Shown piece after piece: positions 14,560 through 28,665 of a stretch of 64,000 nt of DNA. Made by a program: the position numbers and the translations under genes. The DNA comes from Chrysomallon squamiferum (taxonomy: Eukaryota; Animalia; Mollusca): the NCBI GenBank assembly GCA_012295275.1, contig CM022679.1:14012001-14076000 (forward strand), read 5' to 3'. The notes below the pieces were generated by a model. The model worked only from the letters and a program-made list of their open reading frames with translations. It was not told where the DNA came from and searched no databases. The number at the start of each line of letters is the position of its first letter. The stretch's first letter is position 1.

Positions 14560-15340
14560 ATCATATTTTTTTATTTCAGCACATAATGTAACATATAACA
14601 CTTTTATTTTTTTACTTCACAAGATATTGTAATAATCATCATCTTTATTGCAACTTTATTTAAAATCTCAATTTAATTCACACACATTATCATGTTCTTA
14701 TATCACCATACACTGTAAGATAACAATAGTTATCTTTTTTCTTCACAAGATACTGTAATGTAACCTATGTTACAACTTTGTTTAAAATGCCTGTTTCATT
14801 GATGCAAACTGTCAGATTTTTATTTCACACACACTATAATATAACAGTTATCATATTTTTTTATATTTCATCATATTTTTCACTTCACCATATACTGTAA
14901 CATATAACAGTTATCAGTTATTAATATATTACTGCATATCAAAACACCAATTTTTAATCTCAGTTTCACTGATAGATATTATCTTATTTTTATTTCACCA
15001 TGCATGGTAACATATAACAGTTATCACCATCAACATTACAACTTCATTGATATAAATTTTCTGATTTATATTTCACCATACATTGTAACATATAACAGTT
15101 ATCAAATTATTTATTTCACATATTATATATTTTATATCACCATACACTGTAACATATAACAGTTATCACATTCTTTATTTCACTTATTATATTATTTTAC
15201 TTCACCACACAGTGTAACATATAACAGTTATCACACTCTTTATTTCACTTATTATATTATTTTACTTCACCACACAGTGTAACATATAACAGTTATCAAC
15301 ATTTATTTAATTTCACTTTATTAAATTATTTAAAATTTCA
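14560..15340. repeat. ~60-bp degenerate minisatellite (ttcaccatacactgtaacatataacagttatca)
   Basis: About 9 imperfect copies, the last two near-identical. Confidence 0.85.
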
Positions 15341-15564
15341 CCTGATAACAGTGTGAACAAATAAGGTCTTATCAAGCATTTGTATCTCTGTCATTTGCCC
15401 GCTGAATGCTCTCACCTTTGTGTCTTTGTTTGAGCTGAAACCTTCATCTCAGTCAGTGTTGCAAATACCTGGCTTCTGATAATTCTCACAAATTAGCTCT
15501 GACATGTTTGTGTGTGTGTGTGTTGTGTCGTGGTGTGAATGTGAAGCTGTTAACCTCCATTTAT

Positions 15565-16110
15565 TGTGAAATTGTTTGATATTAGGAAATATGAAAGGTG
15601 TTTCATCTCAGACTGAGTGTTTGAAATTGTTTGATATTAGGTTAAAGTATGAAATTGTTTAAAATTAGGTTCTGATGTGTGTGTGTTTGTATTGTGTGAA
15701 TGTTTGAAAGTGTTTGATATTAGGTTAAAGTATGAAAGTATTTAATATTAGAGTGAATAGTTTGAAATTGTTTGATATTAGGTTAAAGTATGAAATTGTT
15801 TAGTATTAGACTGAGTAGTTTGAAATTGTTTGATATTAGGTTAAAGTATGAAATTGTTTAATATTAGGTTAAAGTATGAAATTGTTTTATATTAGACTGA
15901 GTAGTATGAAATTGTTTAATTTTAGACCAAGTATAAAATTGTTTAATTTTAGACTAAGTATAAAATTGTTTAATATTAGTCTAAGTATAAAATTGTTTAA
16001 TTTTAGACTAAGTATAAAATTGTTTAATATTAAACCTAATGTGATATTGTTTATACTAGGTTAAAATGTGAAATTGTTTAAAATTAGACCCAGTATGAAA
16101 TTGTTAAGTT
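15565..16110. repeat. ~25-28-bp minisatellite (tgaaattgtttgatattaggttaaagta)
   Basis: More than 15 copies; explains the 15876..16064 periodic ORF. Confidence 0.9.
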
Positions 16111-16979
16111 AGTGTTAGGTCTGAGACTCAGATATGAAATAGTGACTAATAAAAATGTTAATATTAGGCTAAGTACAAAATTGTTAACTTTAGCCTTCTG
16201 TGAAATCATTAATCTCATTAAGCTTTTGTGTGAAATTCTTAACTTTAAGTATATTTATTATCATCATCATTATTATTATATGTAGTAGTAGTATTGTTCT
16301 TGTTATGATCATTATTAAAGTAAAATATTTTGTTAACATTTTAAAAAAAAAAAAAAAAAAAAATTTTTATCTTGAATTTAAATTCATTCTGTATGTGTAA
16401 ATTGTTAAAACTTTACTTCAGTACAAACCTGCAGAACTTCACCATATTATAAAACAGTTTGGTGCACAACATTTCTGTTTAGATTTCCTTTGACCATACA
16501 TCTGGCAACAGCCTGTAAATATCTTTGAATTTACCCAGTGTGTCTAATTCTATTTAAAAAATTAAACATTTCAAAAAAAACTTTGTCATATATCACATGG
16601 CAAACAGAGTGGAAATAACACCAGAGCTAGACACACAGTTTGTACTGAGTTTATGATGTAACAAGAGTCCAAATTACCTAACAATAGACTGAATTCCCAT
16701 TTCAGATGTCTAAAATAAATTTTAAAAAAAAAAAAAAAACTAACCTCAGCCAATGTGTTAATAAATATATGTTTAATCAGACCATAAATCATAATATTCT
16801 TGTTGTTGTTGTTGTTGTTGTTGTTTAATGTCAATGTTACATCAAAAATTAATAGACTGGTATCAGTAATATGTCAAGAATGAATAATAACAAATAATAA
16901 ATTAATAATTAACAGACCCATGTCAGTGATTAAATATAACAGTTGTTGGATATGTATTTAAAGATGTCAGTATATGTGT

Positions 16980-17250
16980 GGGTTACTCTTACTGGTTAGC
17001 AGTATGTGATCTTTTATGTGGACGTAAAAACAGCACACCTAAATCTTTGATGGACCGGTTTTGGAGCTTTAGTTAGAATGGGAAAAGGCAAGATAATGTG
17101 TTGAGAGAAAAGAAATATTTTTTTTTTTTTTTAATAAATCATTTATAGAGCACTGGCTATATTGGGAAATAGACTTAAGAGCATACTCAAGAGGATTGAT
17201 CCCATAATCCACCAGACCTGAAGAAAAGCTCTCTAACCACTGAAGCAGGA
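16980..17250 (-). mobile_element. Decayed SINE copy (same family as 12126)
   Basis: gggttactctt...ttagcag..tgatcttttat is the reverse of the Meta-like core; ggattgatccc is B-box-like; ctctaaccactga is a reverse A-box. Confidence 0.5.
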
Positions 17251-17483
17251 ATTTGTTTCCCCTTAACGCTTGAGCACACTTGTGATGACAAGACACGCAA
17301 CTGTTGCCTTTATAAACGGTTCAATTATGTAGATACACACACAGAAAATTATACAACACTTGTTATAACCCATCTTCGTTTTTCTGCATTATATCAACAC
17401 AAAAAAAATAACTAATCTTGCAGAGATTCACCTAAGTATGTAAGCTATTTTAAAAACTTGTTTTTCTTTTTTAATTTTTGAAA

Positions 17484-17530
<47 letters not shown>

Positions 17531-17906
17531 CATTTTTAAATTTTTAAATTTTGTTTTTTTGTTAAACATTATTAGACTTAACCTGGGTGTGAAATTGTCA
17601 GGAAACACTGCCAATAATGCGACAATTTTATTAGTCGTTTCACCCGATTGCGTCTGTTTTGAAGTAGCTGTTAGTTTGTCAGACTAATATGTTATCATGA
17701 TGTGTGTTTTTTATTGTCCTTTACAAAAACTTTAAACTGTGACTGGCCAAGTGAGTCGGTTAGCTTTCAAAGTAACATGAAGGAGTTGTAATCTGCTGTG
17801 TGTTATAATTGTGTTATTTAGGAAATTTCTTTTTTAGGAGTGAGGCACTCTTTAGGGTTCTTAAAAAGTGTTCTATTTTTGTGTTTTTGTATATAAATAT
17901 ATGTGT

Positions 17907-17940
<34 letters not shown>

Positions 17941-17965
17941 CTATGCATATGAATATATGTTTGTG

Positions 17966-18000
<35 letters not shown>

Positions 18001-19674
18001 AATTTTATTTAATTTTTTAAAAATATTAGATTAAGATTTTTTGTTTCATTAATACACAGCTAAAAAATATCTTTTACATTTCATTATCAACACCATCATA
18101 ATCATAATCACCGTTATCAACATCATCATTGTTATTATTATTATTATATTTTTTCTCTCTTATGAATATTTCTTTCTATCTGATTTGCCAGCATTTTTTT
18201 CTTAAATCACATTACACAATCTAAACACACACACAATACAAATCAAGTGATATGTTAAATATTTGTGTTTATCTGATAACCTGTGCTGGTGAGATATCCG
18301 TTTTATTACACCGAACGTCATAATAAATATATCTCTTACACATTCAGGACTGCCAAATAATTAATAAATGGGTGGGTGGGGGTGGATACATGAGTGAATA
18401 AATATAATGGGAGGGTATGTTGGTTAAGTGCAGTGGTAAGATAATGGAAAATTATTTAATAACCATTTCAGAAGACGTGTTTTTTGTGTTTTTTTTTTGT
18501 TGTTTTTTGTGCTTTTTTAAAGAATATATTGATATGTGTAATAACAAAAATAATAATAAGAAGAAGAAACAGTCATAAGCATAATAAACAACAGTGACAG
18601 CAACAATAATAATAACAGTAATATTAATAATAATAACATGAAAAAATACTAATGATAAATATAAAATAACTGAACAAAAAAAATAATAAAGACGGCAGAA
18701 ATGAAAATAATAATAGAAATAATGTTTTGACAAACTGAGTAAAACTTTGGCTACACTAATGTAAAAAACAATAACAAACAAAAAAAATAAAAAGATAAAC
18801 AGACATAAAACATAAAAAACCCGACTAATCTGTCTCACTTTTTAAACATTATTTTTAGTTTAAGAAATTATTTAAAGAACTCAAATGATTCCAGACTTTT
18901 CTCACTTCCTGCTAGTTCAACAAAAAAAATCTAAAAAAAAAAAAAAAAAAAAAAAAAAACTTTTTTAAGCCAACATGGAATTTCTGTAACACATGTACAT
19001 CACAAGTAATTACTAAAATATCCTTTTCCTTTTAATCTTTTTTGAATTTATGCAAAATCTTTTTTTCTTCTTTTTAAAAAAAAAAAAAGATTACATTTTT
19101 TTACCTTCCATATTGTACATTTTTATTCATTTTTAAAATTCTTGAGCTTAAAAAAAAATATATTGAAATAATCCACTGAATTTTTATATCACTCAGTAAA
19201 TTTTATATAACGATAGAATGAAAGAAAAAATTTACTGTTAACAATCCATAAACTGTTACTAATTAACATGAAGGATATTTTATGTAAACCACATTCACCC
19301 ATGTATAAGTCACTCTTATTTTCTCCTGTATCTGAATTCAGTATAACAACTGAAAATGTAAAATACAGAAGGATAAGAACCACGGAGAGTATTTTGGAAA
19401 ATTGATGCTGTACAGTTAATAGAAACTTGCTGTATTATCACCAGTCCAGTGATTATAGACATTCATATCATTTAAAGTTGTTTAATATATGATAATAAAT
19501 AATAAAAGTTATTTGTAAATAGGTGCTGTGTTATGGTTACTTGTACTATTGTCCTATGTTCAAGATGACATTGCTGTTTAATATCAATAAATATTTCCTG
19601 TATGTTTCATTAAAATTATTTTGTCCAACATAGTATACTTATAGCACACACACATATACACATATACATACATG

Positions 19675-19730
<56 letters not shown>

Positions 19731-19781
19731 TACACAAAACATCATTATCCTTTCTCTTAATGATAAAAGCTTATACAACAT

Positions 19782-19890
19782 ACTTTGATAACCATTTGAA
19801 GAACACTGGTTGGAATTTGAAATATACCAATTTGCACATTGAGTGCTATCAGTCCTTTGAGCTGCCACTCCAGTGCTCTCTAACACTGAA
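19782..19890 (-). mobile_element. 5' fragment of a decayed SINE
   Basis: ctttgataacca...cactggttggaa...ctctctaacactga parallels the other copies. Confidence 0.45.
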
Positions 19891-20257
19891 TTTTATACCA
19901 TTTCATTTTAGTTAAAAAAAAACAATAATCCCAATAATTGTAATTCTTACAAAACATCCTGGTTAATATTCTGAGCATGTATGATAAGCAGTTTGTTTGT
20001 GTTTTCAATCAGCAGTTCTCAGAAGTTTTTCAAAAGAAAAACCAACAAACAAAAAACACAGAAACAGAATTAATGAAAAAAAAAAACAGAGAGAAAATAA
20101 TGAAAAGAAAATAGAAATTCATAATGAAGTTATTTTCTTTTTCTTTTCTTTTTTCTTTCTTTCCTTTTATTTATTTATTTATTTACGATTTTGAGTACAA
20201 AATAAATAAATTGTCTTGTAATAAAAGTCTAAAGTTAATAACTAATATTTCAATGAT

Positions 20258-20288
<31 letters not shown>

Positions 20289-20508
20289 TTCTGCAAGAAA
20301 ATAATAAGAAAAATAAAATGTTTAAAAAAAAAACTTTGTAAGAAAAATGTTTAATAATGAAATCAAGGAACATAGTATTAACTTTTATTTTAACAACTCA
20401 ATATTCTGAACACCTTGTCAGTTATTTATGTTGTTCAATCTAATTTAAATTCTACATTTTTATCTTCTCTTGAAAACCGCAAACATGAAAGAATAAATAA
20501 ATAAATAA

Positions 20509-20596
20509 ATACAGTGGAACTTCTCAAAACTGACACACCATATGGACCAGGTACAAAATTCTGTTTAGAGAGATGTTTGGTTTACTGAGGTTTCTT
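20509..20596. mobile_element. Possible Tc1/mariner-type MITE relic
   Basis: Starts TA-CAGTGGAAC; internal imperfect inverted segments (ctcaaaac / gtttagagag, gtttactgagg). Right end not clear. Confidence 0.3.
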
Positions 20597-20620
20597 TTAT
20601 TTATTTATTTAATTTTATTT

Positions 20621-20655
<35 letters not shown>

Positions 20656-21029
20656 CTTGCAAATTCCAGTTCAGTGAGTGTCCAATTTTCAGAAATATCA
20701 TTATAAATAAAAAAATAAAAAGATATTTGCCTTTTACTGAGAAACAGTGATATTTTGAGAGGAGCATTTTAGAAATAATTAAATAAATAACAACTATGAT
20801 ATAATAATAATAATTACAGAGAATCAAGTGTCATAGGGTAATTTTTCAGTCAACAAGATGTCACTAAATGAGTGGATTAAATATAAAATTCTGCCAAATG
20901 TAAATTGATGATCTCACTGATTGTTTCATTGGAGAATGACAGTGAAACATGGATTTTTCATAAATAAAAATCATTTGAACAAACCACACAATATTAAGAA
21001 ATGCTTCTAAGGTCAAGGACATTAGATGA

Positions 21030-21255
21030 AACCAGCTGCCTGCAGATGCAGGGCCCCTCTTAGCAGAAAGCAATCACTTATATAAACCTTCTCATAGAAA
21101 GGAAAGCATATAATAATAGTATAGCCTTTGATAAATCACTTATTAGGAACTGGCAGAAATGGGATATGAATCAGTTGGTTCACTTTGGAGACTTGATCCT
21201 GCAGTCTAACATACTTCAGGCCTGCTGTCTAAGCACCAAGCTACTCTCTAAACCA
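21030..21255 (-). mobile_element. Decayed SINE copy (same family as 12126)
   Basis: gaaaccagctgcc...ctcttagcag...gcctttgataa...actggcagaaatggga...cttgatcctgc...agctac follows the reverse family layout. Confidence 0.55.
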
Positions 21256-21459
21256 TCCACTTAATTTCATGCAGGTAAATGGTTGATATTATTTAGAAAA
21301 CAGCAGCTGGCCAGAAACACAACAGCATGATTAAATTATAATGTATATCATATGTGTGCAATAAAAATGTGTTATAAACCACTCATCAGAACTGTGTCAT
21401 GAAAACACATCTGAACAACACAGTGGGAGAGAGAAAGTCTCAAAGATTTAAGCATCTTT

Positions 21460-21930
21460 GAAGATGTCAAGTCTTTATTCAGCATGCCAAATTTATTTAT
21501 TATTTATTATTTTTTTATTTTTTTATTATTTTTATTATTATTATTATTTTTTATTTTTTTTTTGTCAAGTCTACCTAGTCTTTATACAGCATGCCAAATT
21601 TATTTTTTTATTTTTTATTGTTTTTATTATTATTTTTTTGTCAAGTCTTTATCTAGCATGTCTAATTTATTTATTATTTATTATTATTTTATTATTATTA
21701 TTTGTCAAGACTTTATTTATTATTATTATTTTTTTTTTTTTTTTTTTTTTTTTTTTGTCAAATTTATTTATTTATTTATTTATTTTATTATTATTATTTT
21801 TTGTCAAGTCTTCATCTAGCATGCTAAATTTATTTATTATTTTTATTTTGTTATTATATTTTATAATTATTTTTTTTTTGAAAAATAACTAAAATTAATA
21901 AATAAATTTGGATAAAGACTTGACAACTTC
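21460..21930. repeat. Tandem array (tgtcaagtcttta.c.agcatg.caaatttattt + T/ATT tracts) closed by an inverted copy
   Basis: 5-6 direct units. 21896-21930 is the reverse complement of 21460-21502 apart from an 8-nt gap and one mismatch. Confidence 0.8.
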
Positions 21931-22964
21931 TGTGAAGTATTTTTTTCTGTTAAATTGTTATCATCATCATCATCATCATCATTATTGTTATTGTATCATC
22001 ATCATCATCATCATTATTATTGTATCAACATCATCATCATCATCATTATTATTATATTTAATTTAATTTGCAATAATCCATGAACATCATATATATATAT
22101 ATATATATATATATTTTTTTTAATGTATGCACTTGTATTACATTAGCTGTCATGTAGAATATAGTGTGACCCGGCTTATTTACATAACAGGTCAACAAAG
22201 CTCTGATAACAAACTGCAGGGCTTGAAGATGATAATGCTTCATTGATTAATGATTAACCCTTCTAATCTGATAATGAACACACACTTAGTTGACACCGAG
22301 CTACTGGCTGTTTCTCATTTCCTCTAGTTTCTTGTATTTGTAGAAATATTTTTGAAATATTCTTTTTACAAATACATAGATAGTTCTGTGTGCAAGGTAT
22401 AAAATATATGCATTTATTAACAGTTACGTACATATATATACATAATAAATGTATAAATTTAAATGGATGTTCATTCATTCATAGATGTACATATGGAGAT
22501 ATACACATTCTTACAAACATACATACATACATTAATACATACATATATAAATAAATAAATACATACATACATACATACATACATACATACATACATAAAT
22601 ACAGACATACATACACATACATACATACATACATACAGACAGACAGACAGACATACACACATAAATACATACTCTAAACATATAGTAAACACAAATAAGT
22701 CTAGTAATTCATTAAATTCATTGAGTCTGTCTGTCAGTCTGTCATTTTATAACCTGCAAATCATGCTGCATACATGGATAACAGAATATTCTCAGATTCT
22801 TGACTGATTCTTAATTTGAAGATTTCTAATCTTTATTGATTATTTAGTCAGCATTAACAGGATCCATTTATTTTCACTGGAAAAATCATCTATACATATT
22901 TTTTTTTCCACACATTCACTGAAAAAAACAAATTTAAAAAATGTTCATAGACACCATTTGTGTA

Positions 22965-23310
22965 TTTATGTCTGGAAAATTATTCATGAAAGTCATCGGA
23001 GTATTTTGTGTCTGGAGAAATATTCATGAGAGTAATTTGGATATTATTAGCGTCTGGAAAAGTATTATTGAATGTCATTCATGTCTGGAACATTATGAAA
23101 ATCTTTAGAATTTTAGTTTCAGGAAAATTCTTCATCAGAGTTATTTGTGAATGTCTGTCTGGAAAATTGTTCATAAAATCATTTATGTCTGGAAAATTGT
23201 TTATGAAATTATATTCGAGTATTTAGTGGTCTTGGATTATTCATGACAGTCATTTGAGTATTTGGTGTCTGGAAAATAATTCATGAAAGTCTGGAAAGTT
23301 ATTTGTGAAA
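22965..23310. repeat. ~35-40-bp degenerate minisatellite (gtctggaaaattattcatga)
   Basis: About 9 copies. Confidence 0.85.
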
Positions 23311-23394
23311 TGAATTTGTAATTTTTGTCTTCAACCATTCAGAAACACTATTTATTTATGTTTTGTGTCTTAAATCACCCCTAAGCAGTAGTAA

Positions 23395-23700
23395 TTCAAA
23401 ATCACCCATTAATACTATTTATTTATCTTCTGTATTCAAAATCACCCATTAATACTATTTATTTATCTTCTGTATTCAAAATCACACATTAATACTATTT
23501 ATTTATCTTCTGTATTCAAAATCACCCTGCATCACTATTTATTTATCTTTTTATTCAAAATCACCCTGCATCACTATTTATTTATCTTTTATGCTCAAAA
23601 TCACCCTAAAACTTTATTTATTTATCTTCTGTATTCAAAATCACCCCTAAACATTATTTATTTATCTTTTCTGCTCAAAACCATCCCTAAACACAGTTTA
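23395..23700. repeat. ~40-bp tandem repeat (ttcaaaatcacccattaatactatttatttatcttctgta)
   Basis: About 8 copies. Confidence 0.92.
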
Positions 23701-23884
23701 TTCATAATGAACAGTTAATAACTAAAGTGACACTTCCTAACAAATAATTACATACATTTCACAAAATGTTTTACACTGTATTTCACTACCTGCCTAATAG
23801 CATATTAAAGGTATATAATAACTTCTTTATTATATGACAGTGGACTGTAAGCTATATTGATTATTTTCGTATCTGATAAAATAT

Positions 23885-23919
<35 letters not shown>

Positions 23920-23999
23920 ACTAACAGCATATATCCAAATAATTGAGATTGCTGTATTCAGTGGAATTAATTGCTGTTTTTATATGTTTATTGAAGGTA

Positions 24000-24850
24000 T
24001 CAGTGGTGGTAGTGTCATTTGCTTTAATTACTGTTTTTATATCATTTTAATTCAATTGGGTTAATAGTGATTTCCTTGAGTTAATTATGGTTTTGTATCA
24101 GTTTAATTCAAGTATTGTTTCTGTAGTGATTTATATGAATTATTACTTCTTTTTTTTGTATCAGTTAACAGACATTTTGTAGTGACTTGCTTGAATTAAT
24201 TATTGTTTTTATATTTTATTATTTTCTTTTCTTTTTATCTGTCTACAGAAATTTTCTAATGGTTGTTGGAATTAATTATTTTTTTAATTATTATTTTAAA
24301 TTTAAGGATTGTTTTTCTTCTGAATTATTTGAATTATTGTTTTTATAGATATTAATGCCAGTGATTTTTTTTTGTGATTTATTTATTTTACTTATTTTTT
24401 ATTTATTTCTGTTTCATTTGAGTTTTAGTGTTCTAGTGATTTACATTACTTCTTTTTATTTTTTTATTTTATTTTTGTTTATACATTTAATACAAATTTT
24501 GTTTTTATAATGATTATTTTTATATAATTCATATACTGAAGCAATTTATTTGAATTAATTATTGTTCTTAAATGTGTTTAAATCAAGCATTTGTTTTATA
24601 CTGATTTTTTTGAATTAATATTTTTATACGAGTTTAATTCAAATCTTGGCTTTATAGTGAGTTGTGTCGACTAATGTTTTTATATGTTTTACTCAAATGT
24701 TTGTTTTATGGTGATGTATTTGAATTACTAATTTTTATACATGTTTAACTCAAGCACTGAAGTGAATATATTTCAATTAATTATTTTTATTTTTATGTGC
24801 TTTACTTCAAATATTAACGTATGATGAATTATTTGAATTATTTATTATTT
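24000..24850. repeat. Highly degenerate ~55-60-bp array (gtgatt...ttgaattaattattgtttttat)
   Basis: Recurring ttgaatta core. Confidence 0.6.
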
Positions 24851-26503
24851 TAAAAATGTATTTAATCCTAAAAATTGGCTCTGCAGTAACAAGAAGAAGA
24901 AGCAGAAACTGGCTTAGTAAATAAACACTTCTTTATTAACAGGTAATAACTATATGCATTTTAATATTGATCATATGACATTTTGGACGAGTACGTTCTG
25001 CTGGCAGTCTGTGTGTGGGTTTCTATTTTACGTTTGTTGATTTTTCAATCAATAAATACACTTTTCATAGCACAAAACATAATGTGTTGTAATTTATTGT
25101 TTGTGTCAGGTATAAATGTTAAAACGAGATAGTTCTGCAGTTCTTTGGATTAGAAGGTCTAGTGGATGGAATTGGAAATGGAAACCATTATTATTTATTT
25201 ATTTTTTTTTTTTATTCTTTTTTGGAATCAGGTATAATTAATTTATAAAATTTGAAAATGGTCTGGAATTAATTGTGAATTAATGAATAATGTGTGTGTG
25301 TTTTTTTTTCTGTGTGTGTCTGTTTGTGTGTGTGACTGTGTGTTTGTGTGTATAATGTGCATCTGTCTGGGTGTCTGTGTGTTTGAATGTGTGGGTGTAT
25401 TTTGTGACAATGGTTTATTCAGTTCTTACACTCTTTTCATTAATCATAGATAGAAAATCATTCATAAAGTTATTTGATTTAGTTATTACTGACAAATTGT
25501 TCACTACATCCTTTTTTATCAGAATTAAAAATAAATCACTGAATAATGAGTTTTATTTGGATATGATTCAAAAATTATTTCAAAATCTAATCTTTATTCA
25601 GGTATAACTTAAAATTATTCAGCATTATTTTAATTTTATTTAGACTTAACTGGAAAATTATTCAAGAATATTTTTTATATAAAGCAGAAGAATATCAAGT
25701 TCATGGTAATGAATTAGAAAAATTATTTTTAGAGCTAAATAAATTAATAACTGCTGTAAAATTATTCAAGAAAATCATTGATGTAAATTATTTCATTTAT
25801 TAATATCTCAAAAACTGTTTTCAAGTATTATTAATTTAGCTGTGAATGAAAATTTCATTCATAAAAATAAAAAATAAAAATTCAGCAAAAAAGAGCATCA
25901 GATTCTCTTTAAATTGGAAAAAATTTTATTTTATTTTTTACATAAAGAAATAAAAATACTTAATTACTGTTTATTAAATAGTTGAAGTGAAAAAGATTGA
26001 ATAATTTTGTTTCCTGTTTCTTTCTTGTTTTTTTTTGTTTATCCCTTTCTTTTCCTATCATGAATTATGATACTGTTGTGAGATTTTATAGCTCTGTGTT
26101 TTTGAATAAGTTGAAATCAAAAGTATGTGGTATGTGGATTCTGTGATGTGTTTACATGAAAGATATTTTACTTGGTAAGAGCAGCTTGCAGTCATTAGAA
26201 TGAAATTTAAAACAGTGTTTTGATAGCTTATTTCACATTTGAAATTTGGCGTCTTCTTAACAATATTGCAGCATCTTTATCATCATCATCATCATCAACA
26301 TCATCTGTCTCCCTCTTTCTTATTTATCAGTGGGTATCTGTCTACCAATCTCTATCTACATATGTCAGTCTGTCTCTCTGTCTGTCTATATATCTTTCTT
26401 ATCAATCCATCTAATCTGTCTCTTTCTTTGTGTTTGTCTGTCTGTCTATCACACTCTCTTATTCTGTTTTTATATTTGTGTCATTCACCTCTCTCTGTCT
26501 CCT

Positions 26504-26601
<98 letters not shown>

Positions 26602-27701
26602 GCACACAAATGAAAACATAGCCGTTTTACAGTTCGATATTCTAAATAATTTAGAGATTATAGAAATAGAAAAATAAATTATCTGATAAAAAAATACAAA
26701 TGGTTCATTCATTCTCATCACCTATTTTCCTATTAACATAAATGTGATAACAGCCGGCTTCTTTTGTGATTCTGTCGCAGCAGAATCACAGGTTTACACA
26801 TTTAATAAACCGACAGTATAAAAAATATCACTTCATTAACACTATCCTAACATAACACCAAAAAAATAAAAAATAAAAAAATAAAACCAACAACAAGCTA
26901 ATTATATTTATTTATTTCACTCCAGTCTTTTTTTTTTTAGTTTATTTTTTTTTTTCAAAAATGTTTATTATTTAAATAAATTAACTTATTGCTTATCGGG
27001 ACATAATATATCTGTGTTTATTATATGCTTAGTAATCAATAACCTGATATTTACCCAATCAGCACTTTTGTTGAATGATTCACATTGTCAATGGACTATT
27101 GACTAGCACGAATACACCAGCTTTCGTCAGCTTACAGGGATCTTATCGATTGATACAGCATTTCGTTAAACATGTGTTACAGTGTACTAAAATACATGAA
27201 TATTTTACTAATGTGTATTAAATTTATTATGTACTCACTGGATGTTCGCTATCACTTGTGTATATAAATATATATATTATATATATATATGCATATATAT
27301 TTGTGTTGCTGGTTCTTTTTTTTTTCTCACAGTTATTTTTATTATTAAATAATTGTTGATAATGAGATGAATTCTCAACTAAGGTAGTTAATTAAGTAAG
27401 CATTATTTAACTGATATATCAAATATTTTTTTTATGTTAATTAGGAAAGTGATTGTAATGAAGTTAGATACAGGTTTAAAAAGTAAAATAGATTGTGTAT
27501 ATGTGTGTGTGTGTGTGTGTATATCTATGCATGTATATATGTGTGCATCTGTGTGTGTATTTGTGTCTGTATGTGTGTCTGTACCTTTGTGCTTGATAAT
27601 TGTATAATATTTAAAGATTACGCACACACACACACTTACACACATAGAGACACACACACACACACACACACAACATACATATGCAGATACATTCACTAAT
27701 A

Positions 27702-27815
27702 TTTAATCATTTAAATATCTTTTTTGAAATAGTATTGCATCTAAAATTGTAAATTTAAATTTATTATGTTTTTATTTCACTTTTGTTTTAAATACTCTTT
27801 TCGTTTTCATTCCAT
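27702..27815 (+). repeat. Dispersed ~105-bp duplication, copy 2
   Basis: Aligns by eye to 231-338 in the same orientation, and also follows a CA/TA microsatellite. Confidence 0.85.
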
Positions 27816-28279
27816 TCAAGAGAAAAGTTGTGTTTTAAATTTTTATTTAACGCAGTTTCAGTCACAATATATCAAACCCAGTCAGTGTATTAAATATTCA
27901 TAAATGTCAAACTAAAATGAGCTAGCACAGGTAAAATGACAAATATATCCATAAGTTTTACAATTTAAAAAAAAAAAAAAAAAAAAATAGCCTGATTGTC
28001 ACATGGTAAGTGTGATTCTACATCAAAATATTTTTTATTGTTTTCTTTCAACTGTTGTTGTGTATTATGTGTGTGTGCATTTTCTGTTGTATTAATTGTA
28101 ATCAATTAAAAATATATATTTAAATACCTGTAATAATATAAAGTTATTTGAAAACTACATATTGATATATATATCAGTGATCTGAACCATAACTACTGAT
28201 GTAAGTATTTGATTTGAATCACTAATGTTGATGTAAATAAGTGAAACCATTGGTATGTGATTTTATTTAACACAGTTGA

Positions 28280-28665
28280 TTTAAGTAAGTGAATATTCAA
28301 ATACAATTCTACATGCTTTCAAACAATACTTGTTGATATAAGTCAATATCCAAATACAATTCTAAGTGATTTCAAACAATTCTTGTTGATATAAGTGAAT
28401 ATTCAAATACAATTATAAATGATTTCAAACAATTCTTATTGATATAAGTGAATATTCAAATACAATTATAAATGATTTCAAACAATTCTTATTGATATAA
28501 GTGAATATTCAAATACAATTCTAAGTGATTTCAAACAATACTTGTTGATATAAATAAGTCAAATATCAATAATACAATTAAGTGATTTCCAACAATAGTT
28601 GTTGATATAATAAATAAGTGAATATTCAAACACAGCACTAAGTGATTTTTACTTCTTGATATAAA
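28280..28665. repeat. ~53-bp tandem repeat (gatataagtgaatattcaaatacaattctaagtgatttcaaacaattcttgtt)
   Basis: About 7 copies. Confidence 0.92.
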
